IMG/VR virus record: IMGVR_UViG_3300044707_000881
Direction: 5' to 3' (one strand)
Length of the DNA stretch: 64,000 nucleotides
DNA from: an uncultured virus (IMG/VR IMGVR_UViG_3300044707_000881)
Lineage: Duplodnaviria; Heunggongvirae; Uroviricota; Caudoviricetes
Below the pieces are notes generated by a model. The model ran no database searches, was not told the origin of the DNA, and saw nothing but the letters and a program-made list of their open reading frames with translations. Below are positions 38,351-47,264 of the stretch, piece by piece. Each line of letters opens with the position of its first letter. Position 1 is the first letter of the stretch. A program made the position numbers and the translations under genes.

Positions 38351-38386
38351 ACAATAAAAAACCCGCCATTTCTGACGGGTTATTTA

Positions 38387-38707
38387 TTAAATTCTTTCCC
38401 AGCCTTCTTTGATAGGGATTATGTATGTATACCTGTCCCTATCCCTGAAGTAAATCCTAAAAGCCTTATTTGACTTATCTACATATTTATCCCAGTCTCT
38501 TGGGTGTGAGACATAGGCAAATTCTATAGAAGGGGTATATTCTGAGTACCATTCATCGTTGAGAAATTCATTAATAAATTCCCCTGGTCGCATTAGGGAA
38601 TCGTTAAATTGAGGTAAGCAAGAACCCCTTGCTTCGAGACTGAGATCAACATCAACTACTGCGATAACCTCGGTAGTGATGCTGTTGAATAAATCTTGTA
38701 ATTTCAT
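38387..38707 (-). CDS. Hypothetical protein
   Basis: 106-aa ORF. Confidence 0.55.
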   Translation of the reverse strand: MKLQDLFNSITTEVIAVVDVDLSLEARGSCLPQFNDSLMRPGEFINEFLNDEWYSEYTPSIEFAYVSHPRDWDKYVDKSNKAFRIYFRDRDRYTYIIPIKEGWERI

Positions 38708-39139
38708 TCTTCCGGCATCTTTTTATTAATCTCTACTTTGTATCCTAGACAAAGTAGAGTTTGGTTTATTTTGACCCATGTTTCAGGGTCTTTTTTTAGC
38801 CATACTTTAATACTATAATGTCAACCACCAAATTAAAATATTTTTAAAATAAAAAATCCACCGTTGCCGATGGACTAAAAATTATACTAATTCTCTAACT
38901 GTTTTTTCTAATTTACTTTTACCTTTCCATCGAACTGGATGATGCAGATTTTCACATCTGGCTTCATTCCATATGAAATCTATTACCTGCTCTACGGAGA
39001 TTTCAGGAAAATTGATTTTTATCTCCTCTACAGCTTTTTTGACAACGTCAATATATTCCATAACTTTCTGTTAGCTTGCTTACCACTACATGAGATGCAC
39101 TTTAGCGATCGCGGAACTAAGGAGTTCCGACATTCATAC

Positions 39140-39352
39140 TTAGGCGATCGCCGCCTGGATAATTTTATGCGCCTGATTGCCAGACATACCGTCTGGCAAC
39201 TGAATTCCAACCATGTTGACCGCAGGTGCGGTCATGTCATCGGAAAGTCCGAAATTCCAGTCATAGTCCGGTGCTTGTGTCAGTGTTGCGCCGGGAATGG
39301 CTGCCAACACTTTTTCAGCATTTTCTCTTTTAACTCTGATTACCTTCATCAA
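39140..39352 (-). CDS. Small cargo protein of RHH cassette 1
   Basis: Shares its 5'UTR with the gene starting at 41401. Confidence 0.6.
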   Translation of the reverse strand: MMKVIRVKRENAEKVLAAIPGATLTQAPDYDWNFGLSDDMTAPAVNMVGIQLPDGMSGNQAHKIIQAAIA

Positions 39353-39423
39353 CTTAACCAGGGGATTGTGAGTGGTGGCTTGGTTGTTTTCCCCCTGCCT
39401 CCTTATTTATAAATGTACACCAT

Positions 39424-39639
39424 CTATTCTAGCTTGTCAAGTGATTTTGAAAAATTTTCTTGAAACCACTCCAAAGACTTACTAGATAAGACTTCCACGA
39501 AATTAACTAAGTCTGGATTGATAGTTTGCTTATAATTGCGACTATATCCTGATGCTATTAATTTTCTACACAGTTGTTCCTTGACATCCTCAGTGCATCT
39601 AACTTTTATCTCTGTTGTCCGGTTTAATGATGGTCGCAT
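39424..39639 (-). CDS. RHH-like small regulator (paralog 1)
   Basis: MRPSLNRTTEIKVRCT...; paralog of 41467-41682. Confidence 0.7.
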   Translation of the reverse strand: MRPSLNRTTEIKVRCTEDVKEQLCRKLIASGYSRNYKQTINPDLVNFVEVLSSKSLEWFQENFSKSLDKLE

Positions 39640-40339
39640 GATTCCATCTGTTAGTTGTACACCATTAACTATAACAGAGATTTTTGTCAAGGGGTAGTCA
39701 TGCGAATGAGGAAATATCCAAGAATCCCCATAGAATCAGGACTTGGAGTATCAATCACTGCAACTATCTATTGATTCTCTATGGCTATAGTTAAATGCTT
39801 ATGCTAAAATTAAAACACCTCCCCAAATGCACTCCGGGAAGGTGTTTCGTTTACTTGTAAAAACTTGAATTATGAATATCCTAGCATCCCCTGTGGATAG
39901 CGTGGGGTAATAATGACTGGTGCTTGAATTACACCCCACAGGATACCTTTAGACATCTACTTTCCATTTTTTACACCAGTCTTGGAACTCCTGAGACTGC
40001 ATACTATCTTGCAGTCTGTAAGGCAGGAGATATTTTAACTTCTCCTCAGTGGCGCGGACTTTTTCACCACACTTTTTGGCTAGTGATTGGGCATCTCTCA
40101 ATCCTTCTTTTGTGAAGGGGAAATAGCGATTATACTCATCACCGTCTTCTTTTGAGAACTCAAATACCAGATAGCATTTAACTAATGTCTCTTGCAGAGA
40201 TCGGAATTTATTTCTATGCCACTCTTGCGGTCTTTCTAATGCCTTGTTTTTCATCGTTTTCTTGTGGGGTATGTGACAGCTTCCCACGACTACCAGGTGG
40301 TAGTTTCGGACGGTAGCCAGCCGTCCATCATCAGGTGGG

Positions 40340-41401
40340 CTAGACTGTTGCCAGCCATTTCTCGAAAGGCTTAATAATACCTTTTTTGGCTTGTTGTGCT
40401 TTTTTGTAAATCTCGTAATTGCGCTCTTGTTGTATCTGCGCTTTTTTGGCTTCTTCTTTAGCCAGCCTTTCAGAACTTTTATCATCAGCATAGACTTTAA
40501 AAGCTTTTGCTCTTTCAAGAGCTTCTTGTGTAGATATAACAATCGCGTCTACCTTCTTATCTTCGTCAAATTTATAGATATATTTATCTACACCATCTGA
40601 TAGTTGCTCGTAGGATACTGCACCCTTCCGACATTCAAAAACTGCATTGGCTACTGGCCACATACAGATATTGATGTAGCTTTCATATTCCCGTAGCTCA
40701 GGATACAAGCTATAGAAATATTCTTTTAGGTCAGGATATGCCGCTTTTTTAGAAGCTAGTGGGTGTTTAGGTACTGCTTTAGTAGCTTTCAATTCCCAGT
40801 GTTCTACCCAATTTTGGAACACTTTTTGATCGCGGTTGATCAATTGTTGAGAAGCTTTCCAGTTGTCAGCGATCTCAACACCTAGAAGTTTTAATGCTTC
40901 CCGTTCGCTATATACAGGGTGTCTCCAAAAAGAAATTACTTCTGTTGTTGTACCTGTTTGAGCTACAAATACTTCTTGGAAGACTTGCTTCCATTCACCA
41001 GCAGCAATAGAAAATTCGATTGCTTTCTGAGTTTCTAGCCGAGTTGCATACTCAGTTTTTTGCGCTGCCGTTAGCGCTGGCAGTTCAATATTAAAGGGAA
41101 ATTCCTTTCCATCTTTGTCCAGAAGGATGACACCTTCTGAATCATAAGAGGATTCAACCTCAAAATATTTTCCTTCGGTTAGAAGGCTTCCGTTCTTATA
41201 AACACCGGGTTCTCTATCAGAATCAATTTCTACTAATTCATATCCTTTGTAAGTAGTTTCCATTTGTTTTACCTCTGTGGATTCAAGTTTCCAATCAATT
41301 TTTAATAATTCATCCATCCATTTCTGGATGTTTTGCTTGCCACCCACACGGGTGATTAAGTTGATTAATGTTTGTTGTCTAGCCTGTAAATTTTTCATCA
41401 A
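40340..41401 (-). CDS. Cargo hypothetical protein of RHH cassette 2
   Basis: 353-aa ORF. Confidence 0.65.
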   Translation of the reverse strand: MMKNLQARQQTLINLITRVGGKQNIQKWMDELLKIDWKLESTEVKQMETTYKGYELVEIDSDREPGVYKNGSLLTEGKYFEVESSYDSEGVILLDKDGKEFPFNIELPALTAAQKTEYATRLETQKAIEFSIAAGEWKQVFQEVFVAQTGTTTEVISFWRHPVYSEREALKLLGVEIADNWKASQQLINRDQKVFQNWVEHWELKATKAVPKHPLASKKAAYPDLKEYFYSLYPELREYESYINICMWPVANAVFECRKGAVSYEQLSDGVDKYIYKFDEDKKVDAIVISTQEALERAKAFKVYADDKSSERLAKEEAKKAQIQQERNYEIYKKAQQAKKGIIKPFEKWLATV

Positions 41402-41466
41402 CTTAACCAGGGGCTTGTGAGTGGTGCTTGTCTTCCCCCTCTCTCCATATTTTAGTTGTACCCCAA

Positions 41467-41682
41467 CTATTTTTGATTGTCAAGATTTTTTTCAAAGTTT
41501 TTTTCAAACCAACCCAAAGGCTTATCCGCTAAGGCTTCTAGGAAGTCTACAAAGTTTGGGTTTATGTTACCGTCCTTAGTACGTTTGTACCCGACAGATA
41601 TTAGTTTTCTCGCTAGCTGTTCCTTGACTTTTTTGGTACATCTGGCTTTTATCTCTGTTGTGCGGTTAAGTGATGGACGCAT
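41467..41682 (-). CDS. RHH-like small regulator (paralog 2)
   Basis: MRPSLNRTTEIKARCT... Confidence 0.7.
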   Translation of the reverse strand: MRPSLNRTTEIKARCTKKVKEQLARKLISVGYKRTKDGNINPNFVDFLEALADKPLGWFEKNFEKNLDNQK

Positions 41683-41758
41683 GGCTTTATCCTTTATAGT
41701 TGTACACCATTAACTATAGCAGACGATTTTGTCAATGGTTGTCATGCGATTGAGGAAA

Positions 41759-42436
41759 TTAACTATAAGTATTCAACCCAGGCGCACCCCCAAACGGCAA
41801 GTCCGCGTAAGAACCAAACCGAGTTTCACACGCTGTCAAGGTTTTGGCGCACACATCCAACGCCGGATTATCTGTGGCCACATTATTTAAGGTGAACCCG
41901 CCCCCCAAATACCCACACTCGGCGGAACGATACCGCCATGAGCATGACCGCAGTAACGGACGGGCTGGCAATGTCACGCCCTCAACGTCAAACGACGATC
42001 CGAGTCGGAATTGTACAGCGAGATAAGTTTCTGACACTAACTGCTCAATCACGAATATTTGCTGTGGCAGTTCTTTGATTGCCGCGCCTTCATTCTCACC
42101 ACCATCTAAAAATTGCCGTTGAGTAAGGCGGCGCTTTACCGTCGTTCCTTCTAGTCGGTAATTGGGCGAGGTTTTGCATTGTAGCAGCCACTCGCTGACC
42201 ACGCGCCCGATATTGGAAACTGTTAGTTGTGGCGTGGGAATTGGTCCTTGTCCGATAAGATCAAAACCTTCAGATTCACAGCCAATGGCGGCGTATTCCT
42301 GCCCCTCGAAGGACACGCCGGGATAATTGCAGATGTACAGGGTTTCTGTTGGTGCGGTCAAGTTGTAATTAGATATCTCGAATAACTCAATGGGTGAGTC
42401 GGGATTGAGGGATAGGAGATTGCTGATTATTGGCAT
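41759..42436 (-). CDS. Lambda gpL-like minor tail protein
   Basis: IELFE, P.LTVSN, C-terminal Cys cluster CSWRYRSAECGY...C.K....C..RFG...PFGG.PG. Confidence 0.9.
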   Translation of the reverse strand: MPIISNLLSLNPDSPIELFEISNYNLTAPTETLYICNYPGVSFEGQEYAAIGCESEGFDLIGQGPIPTPQLTVSNIGRVVSEWLLQCKTSPNYRLEGTTVKRRLTQRQFLDGGENEGAAIKELPQQIFVIEQLVSETYLAVQFRLGSSFDVEGVTLPARPLLRSCSWRYRSAECGYLGGGFTLNNVATDNPALDVCAKTLTACETRFGSYADLPFGGAPGLNTYS

Positions 42437-42484
42437 TTTATTTTTAGAATTGCCAATAAAAAAGCCCCTATTACGGGGCGTAAG

Positions 42485-42736
42485 TTAAATTAGTTCCAGT
42501 AAAATTGTGAGCGCCTCTTGGATGCTGGCGATCGCATCCTTGATTAACGCGCGCTTCTGTTTTGCGGGTTTGTCGGATTTTGAAAGCAGTAGCTCACGGC
42601 TGGCTATCTGCTTCATTAGCTTGGAGATATTGGGTTTTTCTCCCCACGTACAACCGAACTCTAGGGCTATATTTTCAAGTTCGGCTTTATCTTCTTCGCT
42701 GACAGAGAGCGTTATGCTCTCTGATTTTCTACTCAA
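42485..42736 (-). CDS. RHH-like small regulator
   Basis: SITLSVSEEDKAELE..A...G...NISKL; TTG start overlapping upstream stop. Confidence 0.6.
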   Translation of the reverse strand: MSRKSESITLSVSEEDKAELENIALEFGCTWGEKPNISKLMKQIASRELLLSKSDKPAKQKRALIKDAIASIQEALTILLELI

Positions 42737-43004
42737 TGTCCATCCCAGATATTTGGGGGAATGGGTTATGCTTATCTTCCCATTCCAATGCAATCACTCT
42801 TGCATTTCTTAATTCAGGATGATCATTGATATTTTCAAAGCTCTTCTCTACATCCTGTCTCTGAGGATATATAAATTGAACATGACCATCAATTAGTTCC
42901 TCAAAAACAGATTCTTCCATGCCCTCAGAATTGGGATGGATTATTTCACATCTTGCTTCATTAACTTTTGTGAAATAATGCCCATCAATTTTTGTAATCT
43001 TCAT
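42729..43004 (-). CDS. Small early-type hypothetical protein (CpG-free)
   Basis: RBS AGGA; TTGACA upstream on the minus strand. Confidence 0.65.
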   Translation of the reverse strand: MKITKIDGHYFTKVNEARCEIIHPNSEGMEESVFEELIDGHVQFIYPQRQDVEKSFENINDHPELRNARVIALEWEDKHNPFPQISGMDIE

Positions 43005-43139
43005 GATACAATTCCTTTTGAAGCTAAACTTTTACTGTGTGGCTTGGGCTTGCTCCCCTTGCCTCACATTTATATATTTACATAATATTTTATCCTTGTC
43101 AATAGCAAAGTGTCCTTACACTTAAAATATTTTCATTCC

Positions 43140-43484
43140 CTACAAAAATCTCCTAACCTGCTCAAACTTTCCACTAAAAGCAGCCGCCGTCACACCCTGC
43201 TGTTGAATAGTCCACTCTTTGCAAATGTACAGTTTTCCGTCGTCGGTCACACCGCCATCAAGTGACAACCTGAATGGAGAACCACGCCGCGTCCTGAGAA
43301 ATTCATCTACTTCTGCAAAATTAATAATATTTATGCTGATATCCCACGCACTGCTAATGGTATTAATACCCTTGGTGGTACGGCGTTCAACTCCAGTTTC
43401 ACCATATTTAGTTTTGGCAATATCGGCGGTTTCTGTTTCTGAATTTGACCATGTTGGCGTAAGGGGAATTATTGGGTAAGTCAT
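43140..43484 (-). CDS. Lambda gpM-like minor tail protein
   Basis: KYGE..GIN..W..FL..R.G.PF...C.EW...F.Q pattern. Confidence 0.75.
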   Translation of the reverse strand: MTYPIIPLTPTWSNSETETADIAKTKYGETGVERRTTKGINTISSAWDISINIINFAEVDEFLRTRRGSPFRLSLDGGVTDDGKLYICKEWTIQQQGVTAAAFSGKFEQVRRFL

Positions 43485-43497
43485 AGAGGTAAAATAA

Positions 43498-44136
43498 GTG
43501 AGTAAATATTTCATAGACTCAGAATTCATAGAAAACGGCGTGACCATAGATTTGATTTCTATTGGTATCGTAGCCGACGACGGACGCGAATACTACGCCA
43601 TCAACAGTGAATGTGATTTTTCAAAGGCCAGTGACTGGGTGCTAGAAAATGTTTTGCACCCAATCGGATTAGATAAAGACGGGTTAACCTTAAACCCATC
43701 TGAACCTTGGGTAAAACCAGCTTATAGAGACTCCTATCTGTGCGCCCATCCAAAACAAGAAATTGCGCGTCAAGTTTTACGATTTACAAAACCAAGTATT
43801 TTACCCGTCCCGTCAGCAGATAAAGGCTACAAAGAATTAAGGGACGCTGTAACAGAAGAATCTATAGAGTTTTGGGGTGAATGGTGTAGTTACGACTGGG
43901 TAGTTTTGTGTCAACTGTTTGGGGTGATGGCGGAATTACCGTTTAGCTTTCCAATGAGGTGTAGAGACGTTATCCAGTGGAAAGAGGATCATCTTAAATA
44001 CGCGGGTGAATTACCTCCATCACTAGAAACCGACGGCAATCACAACGCATTACTAGGAGCAAAAACCGTCAAAATGCGGTATGAATTTTTAAAAGATTTA
44101 GACGAAAAATCGATTATCCGTTGCATAGACGTATGA
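43498..44136 (+). CDS. DEDD 3'-5' exonuclease (Rv2179c/RNase AS-like)
   Basis: YFIDSEF...LISIGIV..DGREYYA; YDWV; HNAL. Confidence 0.8.
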   Translation: MSKYFIDSEFIENGVTIDLISIGIVADDGREYYAINSECDFSKASDWVLENVLHPIGLDKDGLTLNPSEPWVKPAYRDSYLCAHPKQEIARQVLRFTKPSILPVPSADKGYKELRDAVTEESIEFWGEWCSYDWVVLCQLFGVMAELPFSFPMRCRDVIQWKEDHLKYAGELPPSLETDGNHNALLGAKTVKMRYEFLKDLDEKSIIRCIDV

Positions 44137-44705
44137 TTACAGTTTATTTACAAGGTGAACTTGCAGACTATTTTACCTCACAAATTACCGTTGATGTCTC
44201 TAGTGTTGCCGAAGCTGTGGCGGCACTACGTGCTAACTTCAAAGATTTTGCGAATTATCTATTTGAAGCTGCTAACCGTGGCGTATCCTATCAAATTCAG
44301 GTAGGGTATCAGGAGATTGAAGAACAGCATCTAAAATGCCCAATTTCCAAAAAGGTGCAATCTATCAGAATCATGCCTGTAATCGCTGGTGCTGGTGCAG
44401 CTGGTAAAATTATTGCAGGCGTGGCACTGATTGCGGCGGGGTTTTTAACTGGGCCAGCAGGCTTCCTGGGGCTATCTTCAGCAACTCTATTTCTGACAGG
44501 GGGTGCTTTGCTACTGGGTGGTATTTCTTCCCTGTTCGGACGGCAAGAATCACCTGACGCTAGAGAGGACAAAAAATCACTGGTGTTTGGTGGTACGTCA
44601 ACGACCGTTAAAGAAGGGGGGCGTGTGCCAATAATTTACGGGGTGGCATTGGTGGGGATGTATATTATCTCTGCCAAGATTACGACTTCCTACCAGCCGA
44701 GTTAG
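44133..44705 (+). CDS. Lambda gpI-like tail assembly protein
   Basis: Ubiquitin-like N-terminus, PVIAGAG, Gly-rich hydrophobic segment, G..VPIIYG. Confidence 0.88.
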   Translation: MITVYLQGELADYFTSQITVDVSSVAEAVAALRANFKDFANYLFEAANRGVSYQIQVGYQEIEEQHLKCPISKKVQSIRIMPVIAGAGAAGKIIAGVALIAAGFLTGPAGFLGLSSATLFLTGGALLLGGISSLFGRQESPDAREDKKSLVFGGTSTTVKEGGRVPIIYGVALVGMYIISAKITTSYQPS

Positions 44706-44775
44706 GCAATAAAAAAACCCGCCATTCCTGACGGGTTTCGGCAAACGATCATCATCTACACAAATTCATACGACC

Positions 44776-44882
44776 GAGTCTCTTTGTTCATTACGCAAAG
44801 CTGTCCTAAACTACCTTGATGAAATCCCTGCTCAGAACGTTGATTAGAGTCTCTTTGTTCATTACGCAAAGCTGTCCTAAAC
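44776..44882. repeat. 36-bp direct repeat flanking a 35-bp unique insert (mini-array-like)
   Basis: GAGTCTCTTTGTTCATTACGCAAAGCTGTCCTAAAC at 44776-44811 and 44847-44882. Confidence 0.9.
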
Positions 44883-45126
44883 AGCCTAGCGATCTTGCCC
44901 ATTCACGACGCTCAACACCAGCTTGTCCAGGATTTTCATAGCACCCCTGATCAAGATGCCCAACAACTTCATCCCCTTTTAGAATCCACCATTGGCGGTG
45001 GTAGGGAATGGAGCCGGTTGCAGTTCCCCACAACTCAAAGCCGTTTTTTAAGGATAGATCAAGGTTGTACTTTGCGGCGTTGGCGCGAACCTCTGCTGCT
45101 TTAGAGTATTGATTTAATTTTGTCAT
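44806..45126 (-). CDS. Hypothetical protein with C-terminus altered by the insertion
   Basis: RBS GGAGG; 3' end lies within the duplication. Confidence 0.6.
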   Translation of the reverse strand: MTKLNQYSKAAEVRANAAKYNLDLSLKNGFELWGTATGSIPYHRQWWILKGDEVVGHLDQGCYENPGQAGVERREWARSLGCLGQLCVMNKETLINVLSRDFIKVV

Positions 45127-45196
45127 GTTTCTCTTCCTCCAAATTAATAGTTATGCTGCAAAAAGTTCTAGCTGCTGATGATTTTGTGAACTATGA

Positions 45197-45502
45197 TTAA
45201 TTACTTCGATGACATAAGATTTTGCCATCACCAATCACTGATTCTTCAACAACAGTCCAACCATTTCTATCAAAAGTCTCTGTTAAAATCTGAATATTAA
45301 CAGGCTTGCGCCGGACATCACCTAAATCTTCGTCATCATATTCAGGCTGGTCAACGCCGTATCTTGCATCTGGCAGCCTTGGGAAACTGCCATCTTCTGA
45401 TTGCTTAACGATGTCATAAGACTCATGTAAGTCACCACTTGCGCGATAAATATCAATTAAACAAATACCCATTTCAATTTTGTCAGATTTAATTAATTCC
45501 AT
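45197..45502 (-). CDS. Cargo hypothetical protein of RHH cassette 3
   Basis: 101-aa ORF downstream of an embedded promoter. Confidence 0.6.
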   Translation of the reverse strand: MELIKSDKIEMGICLIDIYRASGDLHESYDIVKQSEDGSFPRLPDARYGVDQPEYDDEDLGDVRRKPVNIQILTETFDRNGWTVVEESVIGDGKILCHRSN

Positions 45503-45564
45503 TTTATTTGCCTTTTGCCTTTTGCTTTTTTGATTGCCTCTCTACATTTATAACTGTATAGCAC

Positions 45565-45780
45565 TTATTCTGGAATGTCAACCCCTTTTTCAAAAATTTT
45601 TTCAAAAAACTCCAAAGGCATACTAGATAAGGCTTTGATACATTGTGTGAACCCAGCCTCCACTTCTCCCTTCCTGCGATAGACAAATCCGGCCGCTATC
45701 AACTTACGGCTTAATCTCTCCTTCTCACCAGGGGAAAGCCTAATCAAAATAGTAGCTCCATTAATTTTCGGGCGTGCCAT
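45565..45780 (-). CDS. RHH-like small regulator (paralog 3)
   Basis: MARPKING..I.IRL...KERLSRKLI..G...ALS..PLEFFEK.F. Confidence 0.65.
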   Translation of the reverse strand: MARPKINGATILIRLSPGEKERLSRKLIAAGFVYRRKGEVEAGFTQCIKALSSMPLEFFEKIFEKGVDIPE

Positions 45781-46193
45781 ACAGCCTTTTTTAAAACAAT
45801 ACCTTAATTGTATAGCACAATCAGAAAAAATCTATCAATCAAGAGTCTCACGCGAATGAGGAAACCATCAACGGAAGTCTATTATTTTACTGTTTACCAT
45901 CTACCTGAATCTATCTGAGGACTATATGCTTTTCATTTATATCAAACGAGAGCAGTTATTTTATTTTCTCTTTTAATTTAATTCCTCTTTTGATCTCAAA
46001 TTCTTCTCGTTTGCAATAGAAGTAAAAGCATATAGTCGTAAAGTACCGAAAACCGAGTGTAGGGGCGGTTTTACGGTGGAGATATTAGAGTATTAATAAA
46101 ATTATTGATTTACCCATAGCCTTGGGTTAAAACAAAATTAGCCGCTCAAGTTTGATAGCAGGAGCGACTAATTTATTTAATCACATTGAAATT

Positions 46194-47015
46194 ATGTTAA
46201 CCCAATACCGCATCACAAAGCAAGACTTTCTGAAAAAAGAATCAGAAATCTTTGACAGAATCCAAGATTTGAACACCCCGCAGCTTTTAGCGGTTATGGG
46301 AGTTACCAACGCATACTGTTGGGCAGCCCTCGAAAGATTAGAACTACTGGAGAATAATAAGCTTGTTCCCGAAAAAGCAGGGGAGATAATAGCCGCATCC
46401 CAGACAGGTGCAGCATCTATTGAGATGACAAATATTTACCTGTCGGCATATCTCAAGAAACACTGGAGTGGTGCTTGTAGTTCCGAACATAGCTGTAGAA
46501 ACGTGAGACAACTGCTATCAACTGGACTTTGGAAAACTCGCACTAATCAAGACACAGGGGAAATTGAGGAAGTCTGGGGATTGGGGTTTTTGGACTTCAC
46601 TCCTAAATTGTCCGGCACAACTGTTATTCCTCCCACATTGGAAAATATGGACTTGGTGGGAATGGCGCAATTATATAGATGTGCTTATCAGCTTTGGAAA
46701 GAGAAGATGATACGGAAATTTCCAGATACAGACCCCTTTGACCTGTTGCCAGAACATAAAGGGGCGTTGATGTTGACGCTGTTTGACTCCCTATTTTATG
46801 GAATGATTCAGTTTAATTCTGTGGGTTTTGAGCGATCGCTAATTGAAGTAAATGTTGAGTCGGTGGTTAAATCCGTGAAGCGTGCTGTGATGTGGTTTTT
46901 CAGTGAATCATACAAGATTTGTCGCAGGGGTTGGAGAAGGTTGATCAAGAGGGAATTTGAGCAACAAGAACGGGAATATCAACAGAATTTGACTGAAATG
47001 GGGGTGGCATTTTGA
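46194..47015 (+). CDS. Hypothetical protein, paralog of 16829-17707
   Basis: Shared motifs and a similar upstream inverted-repeat region. Confidence 0.6.
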   Translation: MLTQYRITKQDFLKKESEIFDRIQDLNTPQLLAVMGVTNAYCWAALERLELLENNKLVPEKAGEIIAASQTGAASIEMTNIYLSAYLKKHWSGACSSEHSCRNVRQLLSTGLWKTRTNQDTGEIEEVWGLGFLDFTPKLSGTTVIPPTLENMDLVGMAQLYRCAYQLWKEKMIRKFPDTDPFDLLPEHKGALMLTLFDSLFYGMIQFNSVGFERSLIEVNVESVVKSVKRAVMWFFSESYKICRRGWRRLIKREFEQQEREYQQNLTEMGVAF

Positions 47016-47264
47016 TAGGCGAACCTAAATACAAAGAGGGTCAAAAAATACTATTTCAGCATCCAGATAACTTTGATTGTGAATGGAACAAAGGACGGAT
47101 TAGCTCTGTGATTTGCATTCAAGGGTTTTTCTGGGGTTACGTAATTTCATATTCTCCATTGAGAAAAAGATTGTTCAATCAATTTGCCTCATGTAGGCTG
47201 TCTAACGAAAATTGGATTAAGCCCGACAACAGGCAAAAATAAAGTCGTAACTTAAATACGACTT

